This document shows positions 16,364 through 31,009 of a stretch of 64,000 nucleotides of DNA, one piece after another. Source of the stretch: the human T2T-CHM13v2.0 reference genome, Homo sapiens. The notes under the pieces are model-generated. The model saw only the letters and a program-made list of their open reading frames with translations. It did not search any database and was not told where the DNA came from. Location: NCBI RefSeq assembly GCF_009914755.1, contig NC_060927.1; one strand, written 5' to 3'. Every line of letters begins with the position of its first letter. Position 1 is the stretch's first letter. The position numbers and the translations under genes were made by a program.

Positions 16364-17070
16364 TGTATTTGTTAACTATTGCTGCCTAACAAATTACTTC
16401 CAAAGTTAGCAGCTTAATGATATTTACTGTTTATGTTTCTATGGGTCAGAAATCTGGGTGCAAATGAATCTCTGCTTTACATTGTCTCACAAAGCTACAA
16501 GACAGGGTCACTGGGGCTGCAGTCTCATCTGAAAGCTTGACTGGGGAAGAATCCACTTCCAAGCTCACCCATATAGTTCTTAGCAGGACTAGATTCCTTG
16601 TAGGCTGTTGGCCTAAAGTCCTCAGTTCTTCTGTTGGCTGGAAGCCACCCTCATTTCCTTGCCATGTGGACTCCTCCATAGAGCAGCCCATCACATGGCA
16701 GCTGGATTCATCAGAAGCAGAAAGCAAGAAGAGTCAGAGAGAAAAAGTACAAGCAATCCAGAAGCCACAGTTTTTTTAAAACCTGTTCTGTTTGTTTGTT
16801 TGTTTTAGAGACAAGATCTTGCTCTGTCATCCAGGCTAGAGTGCAGTGGCACAATCTCAGCTCACTGCAACAACTCCTGGGCTCAAGAGATCCTCCGGCC
16901 TCAGCATCCCAAAATAACCTACTCTGGAAAGTGCTATTCCATCACTTTAGCCACATTGTATTCATTACAGAAAATCATTAGGTCCAACCCTCTGTCAAGG
17001 GGAGGGGAGTACACAAGGGCATGGACATCAGGAGGCAGGGGTCATTGGGATTTGTTTTAGAAGCTGCCGA
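16364..17070 (-). mobile_element. MLT1F-like MaLR LTR interrupted by a short Alu monomer (about 16790-16912)
   Basis: MLT1 motifs on both sides of a FLAM-like fragment. Confidence 0.65.
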
Positions 17071-17198
17071 CTCCACAAGACTCCACAGCTGCTGAGGGGC
17101 AGGACAAATATGCATAACACTTCCAGTATTTCTATACTGCTACACAACATCTGCCTGTGAGCATGACCTAAAATTCTCTATTTGCCATATGCATCAGG

Positions 17199-17538
17199 TT
17201 TTTTTGTTTTGTATTTTGAGACAGAATCTGGCTCTGTCATTCAGGCTGGAGTGCAGTGACTCGATCTTGGCTGTCACTTGACTGTCACTTGGCTGCAAAC
17301 TCCGTCTCCTGGGTTCAACTGATTCTTGTGCCTCAACCTCCCAAGTAGCTGGGATTACATGTGAGCACCACCATGCCTAGCTAACTTTTGTATTTTTAGA
17401 AGAGATGGAGCTTCACCATATTGCCCAGACAGTTCTCAAATTTCTGGCCTAAGTTATCCACCTGCCTCAGCCTCCCAAAGCCTCCCTAGGGCTCCCAAAC
17501 GTGGCTCACATTACAGGTGTGAGCCACCGGTCCCGACT
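17199..17538 (-). mobile_element. Old Alu (J/S) with internal micro-duplications
   Basis: Antisense Alu with TSD GCCATATGCAT at 17184-17194 and 17540-17550. Confidence 0.88.
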
Positions 17539-17554
17539 AGCCATATGCATTCTT

Positions 17555-18040
17555 TAAACAAATAAGTCTTGGATGCCTATAATGTGCCAGGTACTGTTCT
17601 GGGTGCTGAGGGACAGTAATAATGAAGCAAAAGAAGTCCCATCATCATGAGCTTACATACTAGGTGAAGGAGACAGACAACAAACAAACAAACCAAAAAA
17701 TTAAATTACATCAGTTGGTAAACAGAGTAAGAATTTTAAAAGATGTTGGGGGGGATAATGGTCAAAGAAGGCCTCTCTGAGTAGAGACATGAAGGAAATG
17801 AGGGAGCAAGCCAGGAGGAAATGTAGGGAAAGAGAGTCAAGCAGAGGGAACAGCAAAGGCAAAGGCCCTGCAGTACGACCATGCCTGGTGTGCTCCGGGA
17901 ACTGCAAGGAGGCCAGTGAGGTGCAAGGGAAGTCAACAAGCAAAAGAGAAGGTCAGAGAGATTGGCAAGGCCTTGAAGCTCATAGGAAGGATTTTGGTGT
18001 TTTAAGTGTGTCAGGAAGTTGCCAGAGAGTAAGGAATTTC
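17555..18040 (-). mobile_element. L2 fragment
   Basis: AATGTGCCAGGTACTGTTCT...GGGAACAGCAAAGGCAAAGGCCCTG L2 motifs. Confidence 0.75.
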
Positions 18041-18321
18041 TTTTCAAGATCCACTCATGTAGTGAGAGACCAAAGTATTATATTTCATGAGCTCTTTCTG
18101 ACTCTTACTGTTGTCCTGACTTTGTACTGACAGTTTCTCTTCCATCTGTTTCAGAGGATGGAGGATTTACAAAATCGTCAGCCTGTGGCGTTCCCACAGG
18201 GCAAGGCTCACCATCATGAACCTAGTCTACTTGTCTCCTTGCACCAAAGCCTTTGTCCCTTTTCTCCTCTTGGATTCATTTGTGAGGTCAATGGCAAGTT
18301 TCCAACAAAACAGCAAAAACC

Positions 18322-18640
18322 TTGTTTTGTTTGTTTGTTTGTTTGTTTTTCTTTTTTTGAGAGAGGGTCTTGCTCTGCCACCCAGGTTGGAGTGCAGTGG
18401 CACGATCTTGGCTAATTGCAACCTCTGCCTCCTGGGTTCAGGCAATTCTCCTGCCTCAGCCTACTGAGTAGCGGAAATTCCAGACACGTGCCACCACACC
18501 CAGCTAATTTTTGTATTTTTAGTAAAGACAAGGTTTCACCACGTTGGCCAGGCTGGTCTCAAACTCCTGTCCTCAAGTGATCTGCCCACCTCGGCCTCCC
18601 AAAGTGCTAGGATTACAGGCATGGGCCACCATGCCCGGCC
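18322..18640 (-). mobile_element. AluS with (TTTG)n tail
   Basis: Full antisense Alu dimer. Confidence 0.92.
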
Positions 18641-18957
18641 TCCTTTTTCTTTTTCTAAGCAAACCTCCTGATTTTTCTCTGAACAAACACCATCTAGTTT
18701 GACGCAGAACACAGAAACACAGCCAAAACAAAGTCCAAACCCTGGTAAGACGAAAACAAAGTTGAGCCATCCGGAGCACCTGGGTCAGCAAATACTTCCA
18801 CATTCTCCAGAGTGGACATACAGGGTGTCCTCGTATTTTAAAGATGCAAAATGTCAATATATAAGTTTCTGAAACTATACTTCTTGCCTCGTCCCCTCCT
18901 TCAGATTCAAAAAAAAGTAAATCCACAACTCTGATGCACTATAGGGTAGACATGAAG

Positions 18958-19165
18958 CTGGATTTCTCAACCTTGGAACAATTGACACTAGGGGCTGGAT
19001 AATTCTCTGTTATAGGGGCTGTGCCATGCACTGTAGGAAGTTTAGCAGCAATCCTGACCTCTAATCACTAGATGCCCGTAGCATCTTTCCAGCTGTGACA
19101 GCCAAAAATGTCTCCAGACATTGCTGAATGTCCCTTGCAGCTCAAAATTGACCCAGTTGAGAACA
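18958..19165. mobile_element. MER20 (hAT-Charlie)
   Basis: TTCTCAACC...GGCTGGATAATTCT...AAAAATGTCTCCAGACATTGC...GTTGAGAA. Confidence 0.8.
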
Positions 19166-20926
19166 ATTTCCATAAAGGCTCAGGTGCATGTTCTTGGGCA
19201 AGTTACTAATCCTGTTTGGCCCTCAGTTGTTTGCCTAGAAAACAGAGAATAGACATGCCTAAGAACAGGAAGTCTGAGATCTCTGTCCAAGATCCATGCT
19301 TATGTGAATCTGTGATACTCAGTGAAACAATTACACTACATTGAGAGCCTCCAGGTTTGAGCAACATGAAGGCACAAATTGAATCTTACACAGCTCTGTG
19401 TATTGTCTCGTCTAGTTTGTGACATACAGTAGGTTCTCAATAAATATTGGTTTAATTATGATTAAATATCACGTGTATGGGTCTTCTCACACTTGGCACT
19501 ATTAGATGTCCCATATCCAGCACATAGTAGGTATTTAATAAAATTTTAATAGTGTTATTAAATATGGTGAGGTCACCTTAAAATCAGGTCCTTTTTAAAT
19601 TCAGAAATGTTCAAGTTAACCAGCATTTACTGATCATTTACAATGATCCAAGCACTGGGGAGAAGGATATGAATGAAAATGGCTCTTGTGCTTTAGAGAA
19701 TCGTGATACAGTGGTACAAGTCAGCCCCGCATCACAGGAGACTCCACTCGACAATGAAAGATGTTATAGTCAGGTAACAGAGGGTTCCAAGTTTCTGAGA
19801 ATCTTTTACTTGCATTGGTTCTCTGGAAAAATGTACTTTGGAGAATCCAATCCCATTAATATGAGCAATTATATTATATACAAATGAAGTCATTCTCTTT
19901 GAATGCTTCATGAAATGAATCACATCTTTCCTCACCTTTCTCACTCGATTACATGCATAATTAAATCTAGTGATGGTTTTATCTTGAGTGCCAACTTAGA
20001 CACATAGTGGTTTCCAGGAGAACTATGTTAAGGATTCTGAGGCCACATTCAAGCCCATTCTTAATGTCTGCCATGGATGCAGCATGAAGAAATGACTTCA
20101 CTTCCAAGTATCCATCATACCTGATTTAACCTCTTCTTGATAAGTCAAGATTATATTATAATTATGGTCCATCATATCAGGAAATGACTTCATCATTCTA
20201 CTTGCATGGATTCAAATCATTGGAATCATCCTGAACTCATCTTTTGTTCTTATACATCACAACCAAATTGTCAACAAGTGCTAATGGCTCTACCATCAAC
20301 AAAGACTCACCCCCACTGCTGCCACCCTGGCATGAGTTAACATCATGGGTCATCTCCTCCTATTCTTTTTACTGCCATACTCCTCCAACTGCTATTCCTT
20401 GAACCTGCCAGGAGCCCTCCCTACTCAGGACATTTTAACTCACTGTTCCCTATAACTTGCATGCTCTTTCTTTACCAGGTAACCTCAAGGTTGATCCTTC
20501 CCTTTTGTATTTCCTCACTGAGGACTTCCCTGGCCTTCCTATTTACAGTTGCAACTCCCACATCCTCCCCTTCTCCCTATCCCTTCTTGCTGACTTGTAC
20601 ATATTACTTGGGACCAACTGACATCCTATATATTTTGATTATGTATTTGTTTAGTGGAGACATCCCTTCAGGAAGCTGCATGAAAGCAAGGATTTCTATC
20701 CATTCTGTTCACTGTTACATCTCCACCACCTAGAACAGTGCAGGCTCATGGTAATTGCTTAATAAATATTTACCAAATAAAAGAATGGATAAATAAGTGA
20801 ATTATCAGAGCTATAACTCAATGAGATTTAGGAGTTCTTGGAGTTTTAGAAGCCTGTTTGTCTCTATACTAAATAACCTCATACCATGGTGCTGTGGTCA
20901 TTTCACTACAGTCAATGAATCTGTCT

Positions 20927-21129
20927 AGAGCTGCACTGTCCAACATGAGAGCCACTAGCCACATATGGCTATTTGGATTTAAATTTAATCAATTAAAATT
21001 AAGTAAAATAAAAATTCAGCCCCTCAGTTGTGCTAGCCACATTTCAAGTGCTCAATAGACCCATGTGGCTGGCCACTACTATATTGGACATTTCCATCAC
21101 TGCAGAAAGTTCTATTGGCCAGTACTGGT
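20927..21129. mobile_element. MER3 (hAT-Charlie)
   Basis: CTGTCCAA...GCCACTAGCCACAT...GAAAGTTCTATTGG, with internal palindromy. Confidence 0.75.
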
Positions 21130-21869
21130 CTGAAACATCCACTCCGGCTACCCTCAAAGTAATTAATTTTCTAATTTGAGGGACCAACCAAACAAGCTTG
21201 TTAAAACCATTCGTAGTAAGAGCAAGCTAAATATCAGTCAAGGCCTGATGAATTTTCCTAGGAGATTCTGTGCCTGGGCTTTCTGACCTATGCTTTATCC
21301 TTCAGGATCTTTTATTTCTTGGCTTTGATTTTTCACTGATGTTCCTGATGAGGTGTTAGGTAGATGGCCTGCAAATAGCAAGCTGCTACAGTATCACATC
21401 TTCCATGTAAAAAATGCCTCCTTTACTCAGAAATCTGTTTTGTCAGTCTTTGGAGATAAAGGACATGTGGCACAACTGTCAGAAGTAAAGACGGGACTGG
21501 AATAAGATCCTCTTTGTGGCTGGGGATCAGAAAAGGGGTAAGTGGATAGGAAAATAGGAAGTGGACCGATTATGAAGATAGGCAGACAGAACATTATAAC
21601 TCCAGTGGTTGACATTCACATTGTGAGAGAAACAAGTAAGAGGAACGTAGGGTACACTTACTATTTACAGCTCAAGGATTCTGGAAGACTCAGGAAGAAA
21701 AGGCGTATGAATTTGAATGATCATCATCAGTTTTCATTTCAATAGATCATGGGGCCCACGTCCTGGTTCATCACAGACATCTCCCATACATGTTATCTCT
21801 AATCCTCTTTAAATAATACAGCCAAGTCATTTGCAGAGGTCAGGATGGGCAATGCTCCCTGAAAAGGAG

Positions 21870-22235
21870 TGATATGGTTTGGCTGTGTCCCCACCCAAAT
21901 CTCATCTAGAACTGTAGCTCCGACAATTCCCACTTGTCGTGGGAGAGACCCAGTGGGAGGTAATTGAATCACAGGGATGAGTCTTTCCTGTGCTCTTCTT
22001 GTGATAATGAATAAGTCTCATAAGATCTGATGGTTTTAAAAGGGGGAGTTTCCCTGCACAAATTCTCTCTTGCCCGACACCACGTAAGAAGTCCCTTTGC
22101 TCTTCCTTCATCTGCTGCCATGATTGTGAGACCTCCCCAGCCATGTGGAACTGTTAGTCCACTAAACCTCCTTCCTTTGTAAATTATCCAGTCTCAAGTA
22201 TGTCTTTATTAGCAGCGTGAGAATGGACTAACACA
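21870..22235 (+). mobile_element. THE1B-like MaLR solo LTR
   Basis: TGATATGGTTTGGCTGTGTCCCCACCCAAATCTCATC start and GGACTAACACA end. Perfect 5-bp TSD AGGAG at 21865-21869 and 22236-22240. Confidence 0.92.
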
Positions 22236-23519
22236 AGGAGATATTTTCCCTAGCCTGTGTTCCACTCTCTGCTCTCCAGAGGACAAATGAATCTATCACT
22301 GCTGAGAGAAGTCCACACTGCAACACTTGTAACTGTCATCTTCAGGAACAAACAAAGTCTTTCTCCCTCTTCTTGTTTAATTACAAACTGCTTTCAGATC
22401 CATGAAGGAACTGTAAATACGTCCTGATTGACAACAAGCCTTGAGATTGTGCAAGGCTAACATCAGAGGTTGAGTTCAAATGAGCTACCGATACAATCTG
22501 ATCTGATTTTAAACCTGTTAAACAACCAAAGGAAAAAGTTAAGTACACTTCTCAAAAAAATAAAATCTCAAGATGACCTTTAATTTGAAACTAAATTGTT
22601 ATTTATTTAAAAAACATGCCGTGTTTTACCCTCCTCTTTTTTTCCAGTTCAAGACATTCTTTTCTCATGTCGCAGTCAAATGTTCCTATTGTTTTCTGAA
22701 GGTCATAGTCTTACATAGTCTTAACATGGTGACTTTTCACTATTTAATGTTTGTTTCATGAATAACATGATTGTTTCCTAATTTCGTTCCATGATTAGTT
22801 GGTTCTTTCCTTATCTATGCCTCAATTTTCTATTTTAATAGGCTTGCCAGTGAATTTTTAAGGATTCTGAATAAATCTTGTTCATCTTTCTGTGTTCCCT
22901 ATGGTACTTCATACAGAATCTGACAATGAATTGGGGTGTATTTGTTGAATTAATGAACAAAGAAATGAGTCGATGAATGGATGTCAGATTAACTAGGTGA
23001 AGAAATCATCACAAGTGCCTACGGATGGCCAGTCTCAGCATGGGTGTCCTCACTCAGATCCTACAGCCAGCAGCACATTTACCAATGGAGCTTCATTATC
23101 GTGCAGAAAAACCCTGCTTGCCCTGGTTCGGGAGTAACTGGCGGCAGATGAAGGATGGGTACTATGAGAACACTGGAATGCAACACAGCATTCAAACAAT
23201 CCTAAGGACCAAGGCAGATGCCATGTCCCTGAATTGGTTAAAAAACAAAAAGTCTCTTTGGACTTTACCCAACTTTCAGACAATGAGCATTTGCAATAAG
23301 TAGAACATACCAGGAAACAAAGATGACCTGGGAATGCTCCCTTTTAAGTCACATATCGACAATTGATAACCTTGACTAAAATGGCTCTCAGTCACTCCTT
23401 CCCATCGCTTTCTAGGTCACACAGCGAAATGAAGTCCAAGCTCTAACTTAGCAGGCCACCATGCAAATACAAACGTCACAGTGGCCATGCTTCTGAGCCT
23501 TTGGAAAGGTAGACTTGTG

Positions 23520-23760
23520 GTAGGGGAAGAACTATGGTTTCTGGTGCCAGACTCCTGGCTCTGCCACGTACTAGCCATGTGACCCAGCCAAACTACTCGA
23601 CTCCTCTGTGCTTGGGTTTTCTCATATGCAAAATGGGGGTAATAATTGTAACTACCTTATGGGGTTAGAGTACAGACTGAACAAGTTGATATGTTCAGCA
23701 TTGTAATGTCAAGCACTGAGAACAGTGCCAGGCATGTAGTAAGCCATCAAAAAGTGACTG
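23520..23760 (+). mobile_element. MIR (further MIR fragments at about 24.0-24.5, 25.35-25.56, 28.0-28.3 and 28.5-28.7 kb)
   Basis: CCTGGCTCTGCCAC...TTTTCTCATATGCAAAATGGGG core. Confidence 0.75.
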
Positions 23761-24564
23761 ACACTACAATGATAGTGATGATGATGAGGATGATCTTGGG
23801 AAAACTGTACCTCAGTTATCGATTCCCATTCTGGGACACAGCTCATAATATAGATGTCTACTGAACAGACCTGGAGTGTGTTTATAATCCATATGTCCCA
23901 CGGCACATTATAGAGCAACCGGTTCCACTGTATTTTCACATAAATATTCACATGTGCGAAGATTCTATATCACAGATGTTCTGGGCTGTCACCACAAAAG
24001 TAGGAGGTAGCAGAATATAGTGCTTATGACTCAGAATGGCATGAGCTCAAACCCCAGCTATATCACATATTGTCTATGCAGTGTGGACAAATTAATCAAC
24101 CTTGCTTTGTTTGCTCTTTTACAAAATTGAGATAAAAACAGTGCCTGTTTTCATAGTGCTGCTGTGAAGATGAAATAAAATACTCCATTATACTTTTAAG
24201 TTTGTTGCAAGGACTTGTTCAATAGAAGATAGCTATCACAATCTATCCTTTAGGTTAAAATGCAGAGGTAGAAGATTGATCTGTTTGAGTCCATCACAAG
24301 ACTTTGATTCAAAGAAACATGGACCCTCTGAGCCAGAAGGGGTCTTCAGAATCATTTACCCCAGGCTCTTTCCTTTACAGTTGAGAAAACTTCCCTTCGC
24401 TGGAGAAGGGAAGTCGCTTACCCAAGCTTACCCAGCTGAAGAGAGGTAAACTGGGATTAGAAAGCAGTCCTGATTTCCTGGCCTGGGACTCTTTTACCAA
24501 GACTGCACTGACTCCCTGATAGAATTCAGCCCTCTTCATTCCCAGACTCTATTTTCTTTACCTT

Positions 24565-24882
24565 GTCCAATGTGACAGATGCTTCTAGTGTTCCTGAACC
24601 ATTATCACTCAGCTTTCACCTCTCAGCTGGTGGCTTCTACTACTGGCGGGACATCTCAGAGATATGTTCTGTGCTGCCTCCCTGGGATTCTTCCCTAGGG
24701 ACTAAGCCGGTTTCCCCCAGAGGTAGCCTGCTCCCTAACATTCGTTGTAATGGCTTCCTTCTTTTCTCTGTCTCAATTCTTCATCCCCTTCCCAGTGCTT
24801 CCTAGGATCACCTTCCACATATACTACTTGCACGCAATTCCTTGCCTCACAGCCTGTTTCTGGGGAAGTACAACCTAAGACA
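24565..24882 (+). mobile_element. LTR16-like ERVL LTR
   Basis: Ends ...CTACTTGCAC...CTGTTTCTGGGGAA...CCTAAGACA. Confidence 0.55.
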
Positions 24883-26845
24883 CCCACAAAATGAATAAAT
24901 GTTTTTAAGAGAGAAAAAATGGAGGAATAAAATAACATGAAATAGTATAAAATAAAAGACTTTGGGAGAGTATATAGATGCAGTCCATGCGTCACAAAGG
25001 GGTGAATCAGAAGCTACATGCGGGTCATTGGTGGCTACTCAGACTAGATCAACTCAAGCTCAGCTATCTTCACATGTCTGTCGGTCAGATATTCAGTCAA
25101 TGGCAAAGTCAACATACTTACTCCTCCTGTGGACAACCCTGCAACACAGCACAACACAACACAACACACAACTCTCTTTATCAACAACTATACCCACAAC
25201 TCCACCATCCATAAAATATTCTGTCTGTTTTGCTTCTCCTAAAAGTCTTCCTCCTTCTATGTATTCTTCAAATAGAAATTCCTACCTTCAGGGAACTCAG
25301 TTAACTATTTGCCTTCCCCAACACACCAGTGGGGAGGGAAATCTATCAGACTGGTTCTGAGCTCTAGGTTTAGAAGCCAGGCAAGTTGCTTCAACTCCAG
25401 GCTTCCATGTCACTACTAACTAGGAATAAGCTATCTGGCCTCTGCAAACATCAGTTTCCTCACCTGTAAAGTGCAGTAGTAATGCTTGCCCTAATAATGC
25501 TGTGATGATTTAGTAATACAATGTCTGTAATATACATACTGGCATAAGGGAAGAGTTTAACAAGCAGGAGCAGTAATAGCAGCTGTGACTGTATTGTTAT
25601 TGTTGTTCTATAAATGCCTCCCTCATTCCCATTGTCATGGCCTCCTGCAACTCTTTCCTGGGTGCCAGGCTCTCTCAGCTAAAGATTGTACAAGCAAGCC
25701 TTCCTCCCCTTTCATCACAAAAAACTCATTTGGAGTCTTTCTTTGAACCACTGAGGGAGAAGGGAAATACAGAGTCCTCTGAGAACACAGATGGCACACT
25801 AACCTTAAGGGAAAAGGCGTTGGGAACCGGACCAAGGGCCATGGAAAACTCAAGAAAAAAGCTATTGTGATGAAGTTGAAAGCTTCTTGCAAAAAATGAT
25901 GCATGGCTTTCTGCTTCTAGTTTCAATTTCACTGTAGTGTTGCTGAAGATCTTGAAGAAATTACGTCATTTCTCCCGTCTTTGTATTCAGAGCAAAGCAA
26001 ACTCACAGAGGGAATTCAACAGGGAGATAAACAGTGAGATATCCGTTTCAAAATACGATCACCATGGTGTCTGAATTCACCTATTTTGCATTAAGAAAAT
26101 GAAATATTATTTGCAATCCTACATAAGCCCATCTAACAGAATAAGCTTCGTATAGTGAAACAAACTAACAGGCAAACAACTTCTGATTGTTAGGGTGGGC
26201 TAACTGGCATAACCAATACACGCCAAACATTCGAGGTTTATTTCTTGCTTGTATAACAGTTTGGATTATAGGGTGCCAGGGGTACTTCCCATGCAGTCAT
26301 TTGGAGGAGCCAAGCTGGCAGAGCAGCTACCATCTTCAAGATGTAAATTCCATGGTCGCTTGGGAGTTGTCCCCGTTTGAACCAGCAGGAAGAAAAAACA
26401 GCCCAGAAGAAGTGGGGAAGGCTCATGGGCCAGTGCTGAAGTGGAGTTCATGGCTTCCATGGACAGTGCATTGACTATCCCAGGGTCTCACAGAACTGAA
26501 ACGAAGAAGAAAATATGACTGTTGGTGTCTAGTCAACAGTCTCTTCCACAGAAGTCCAGATTTTGATTCAAGAGCCAGGACTTCTAGACCTAGCTACTAA
26601 GTAACTATGAAAAAGCAACTCAACATCTGAATCCAAAGGAAAGGCTTGGGCTGCTTGACAACATGGATGGGGAGTATATGAAAGTCTCCTGGATGAACTG
26701 ATCAAACTCCACAGTGAGATCCCAGGATGACTCCACAGATGTGTGTTACTGGCTGGGAATCACCAGAGTTGGGCTCCTGGCCTGGGTGGCACCATGTAGC
26801 ATCTTAGGTGGCTGAGGTGGAAATTATCTGGCAATACCAGATTCC

Positions 26846-27135
26846 TTTTTTTTTGAGACAGAGTCTCACTCTGTTGCCCAGCCTCAGTGCAGTGACATAA
26901 TATCAGCTCACTGCAACCTCTGCCTCTCGGGTTCAAGCGATTCTTCTGCCTCAGCCTCCCAAGTAGCTGAGATTACAGGTGTGCGCTATCATACCCGGCT
27001 AATTTTTATATTTTTAGTAGAGATGGGGTTTCACCATGTTGGCCAGGCTGGTCTCGAACTCCTGACCTCAAGTGATCTGCCTGCATCAGCCTCCCAAAGT
27101 ATTGGAATTTCAGGCATGAGCCACCGCGCCCGGCC
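26846..27135 (-). mobile_element. AluS
   Basis: Full antisense Alu with degenerate TSD GCAATA(C/G)CAGATT. Confidence 0.92.
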
Positions 27136-27712
27136 TCGCAATAGCAGATTTCTAAGGTTACTCCCAGCTCTAACTTTCAATGATGAAAACTCATGCATCT
27201 ACAAACAATGCATGAGAAGATATCAGTTTCTGTAGAGGAGGGTAGAAGCTGTCATCTGTGCTTGTCAAGCATGTTCTTGTATCTCCTAGTTACAGAACAC
27301 AAAGATCTCAAGTTGCACTGCATGCAAGCAGAACCTAGGTAAGGAGAGAGGGAGATAGATTCCTGCTGATATTATTTGAGATCCTAGATTCCAATGTGGC
27401 TGAAGGCAACAAATATTCAAACTTCCTCTGAGTGCACTTTGAATTATCCTCCTAATAAATCCTTCTCAACCTCAAGACCTGCCTCTGTTCCCCCCCCATG
27501 TCCTCACACTGCTTTGTGAATCCCTCTACTATAACATTTGGCTTGTAGAACTGGAATGACTTGCTTTTCTGGCTATCTTCCCCATAAATTCACAGCCTCT
27601 CCAGCACCTAATACAGTGACGTCTGCCCAGAACCTAATGCAGTGCTGGGCATCTAGCAGGCATACAGGAAAGTTTTTCTGAGTGGGTTTGTCCATTGAAA
27701 GTTTAAACAATG

Positions 27713-28064
<352 letters not shown>

Positions 28065-29116
28065 CTACTCCTGGCTTTTCCACATACCTACCACGTGATA
28101 CTGGACAAGTGACCCTGCCCCTCTAAGTCTTAGTTTTCTCTTTCATCACATGGGGATAGATACACAAGTTTCTTCACAGAAGCTCTTCTGCATTATGAAG
28201 CTTCTTAAAGGAGTTAAATAAGGTCACTTTTGTTGAGCACTTACCACAGTGCCTTTGAAAGTCCCGAAAAAAACATTAGCTGCTATTACTCTCACCATCA
28301 CCATCATTATTGTCCATTCATGCTCTCTCAAAAGGCATCCAGGCCCTCTGTTAAAAAGCCATTACTGACTGAAAATTGCAAACGAGGAGAAGCTACCCAG
28401 GTTTGAAGAGGCGATGCTTTAATAGAGGCTAAACATCAGCACAATGTCAGACTGTTCTGAGCCCCTGGAGCCAAGGCATCCATCAATCTGAACATGAAGA
28501 CCACCACATGTACACTGTAATGAAGAGGCCAGTGGGGTGGGAGATCTGTCTTTAATCCCTTAACTGTCCAAACTTGGGCAAATCATTACACTCCAAGGCC
28601 TCAGTTTCCTCACCTACAAAATGGGCACAAAATGATCATATACACTTCCCAGGGTTATATGGGATTATAAATGAGAAATTGTGTTGTCATGCCACTTTAC
28701 AAAGCTTTAAAACTCAATACAAACGTAAGGGCTTTTGTTTTTCAAAGCCAGTTGTAACTGTTCTTCAGCCGATGCCCAGAAGAAAAGGCTGGGCTGAGGC
28801 AACTCAACCTTAGCCAGGCCCAGAGTGCTCAGAGAATGAGGCTAGAAACTCAGTCAATTACCCAAACAATTTACCACAAACAAAGCCATGAGGTTGAGGG
28901 GATCCACCAATTAGCACACCCACTAGAAAGACATCTCGGATTCCTTAATGAGTGGCATCTCAGAGGCCCAGGGAAGGGAAGTATATGAGCCCAGGTCACA
29001 GACATAGGTACTGAAAGAAGCCTGATTAGAGTCCACTTGTGACTGAATCTATATGGAAACATAAGCACTAGGCTGGGGTTTTCACAGAGAGTAACAAGTC
29101 GTATTTAAGATTTTCA

Positions 29117-29398
<282 letters not shown>

Positions 29399-31009
29399 TT
29401 AATAACAGTCCGTCACTTTAGTAGGTACTATTCATACTCTATTCTGAATCCTTCCACAAACTCTAAAATGGTAGCGTAAATCCCATTTTGTGGGGGAAAT
29501 CGAAGCCCAGAGAGGTTCAGTGGCCGACAGTGGGTCACGCAGTGTTTATGCATTTGAATCGAAGTTGACCCAACACCTTACAAAAGCTTGAATTATTTCC
29601 ACTCTGTGACCTCCTGCCTCATGTTCCATATATACTACTTCCTTGAAACATTGATTTTCTTAGTCACTTTCTCCTGGGCTTGGCTAATTTAAATTTTGCA
29701 GCCAACACAACTGCTGCTCAAATGTGATTCAAAGAGCTTCAGGGCTTCTCTCAAGTAGAAGACCTCAGAGGGATTATGGAGAGGGAACAAATGCAGCTTG
29801 TCTCCTAAGAAAGAAGTAATTCAGCCTAAGTGAGGCTAGAATCAGGCTAGTCTGCAGGCTACTTTCCCAGCAAGAGCCAAGGGAGGTCAAGGTTGACAGG
29901 AAATCCTAAGTGAGAAACTGAAGTGCTCAGCTGCACACTGCGAGGGTTGCCAAGAAATTAATTCACTGAGGAACAGGCTTTGGAGCAGAGAAAAGTACAC
30001 CACTTTTGATAAGGGCAAAAAAGCAAGCTGACAGCAAAAGTCTGGGACCTTCTTCCAAGGAGAGAGTGGCATCCTTCATTTTGCAACCCTGGGGGTGTCC
30101 AGCTGGGGGCTCCCTCTGACAACCAGCCATCCTTCATCAATTTCCATAGTAATCATGGCTATTTATTCAGCATGAGAAATGAGCAGTCAGTTGGTGAATG
30201 TGGGGAGGAGGGAGCTAGAGAAGCAGGGGTGAAATGGAATAGAAAAAAAAAATCTATAGAAACATTCAAAGGCTGAAGTTAAAATGTCCAATGTTAAAAT
30301 ACTGAAATGCCAAGTCTTTGAAAAATAAAACTGGAAGTAATCTTTAAGTTCAGAAAAGTCAAGAAGGCAAACTAAATGACTTTTTTTTTAAGTGCATCAC
30401 TTTTGCAAGAACAAAGGACACTCACAATTTTACGTTCCCAAAAGAGAGCCAGGAATTCATGCTGTCTTTAAATTAGGATAATCATTTCAAGGCTTCCTCT
30501 TATTGCCAAGTTGGTGCTGAAGGAGACTGGTAATTTTGTCTCGGAGGGGAAAGCTACAGAGAATGTGAGGTTATGCAAGCAATTAATCCAATATTGACAG
30601 TGGGGTTTGCTGATAGACAGACAGCTCATGTGTGATCGGGCTCCAGGCTGCCTAGCATTTCCACCTCACTTGTAGCCATATTTGAATTAGAAAGAGAAAT
30701 CAGAGGTGTTCAAGAAATAAGTATTTGGCGGGGAAGTGGGAGTGGTGAGAGTTTCTGGATTTTAATGAAAATAGAATTTCTACATAGGAGGGACTGGCAA
30801 CAGGGCATGGGGAAAGCATGGAAAATTGGAAGAAGAAAGCTAGGAAAATTGTCTTAAATTTGAATTCTCATAAGCAGCACAAACTTTTCCTTCAATTGTA
30901 TGTATATGTGCAGTAGCTTAAAAGGACTGATAGAAAACCCGATGGCTTGTCTTCTCCCTAGCCTTGTGTGATCTTGAGCAGGTTAGCTAACCTCTCCAAG
31001 CCTCAGAGA

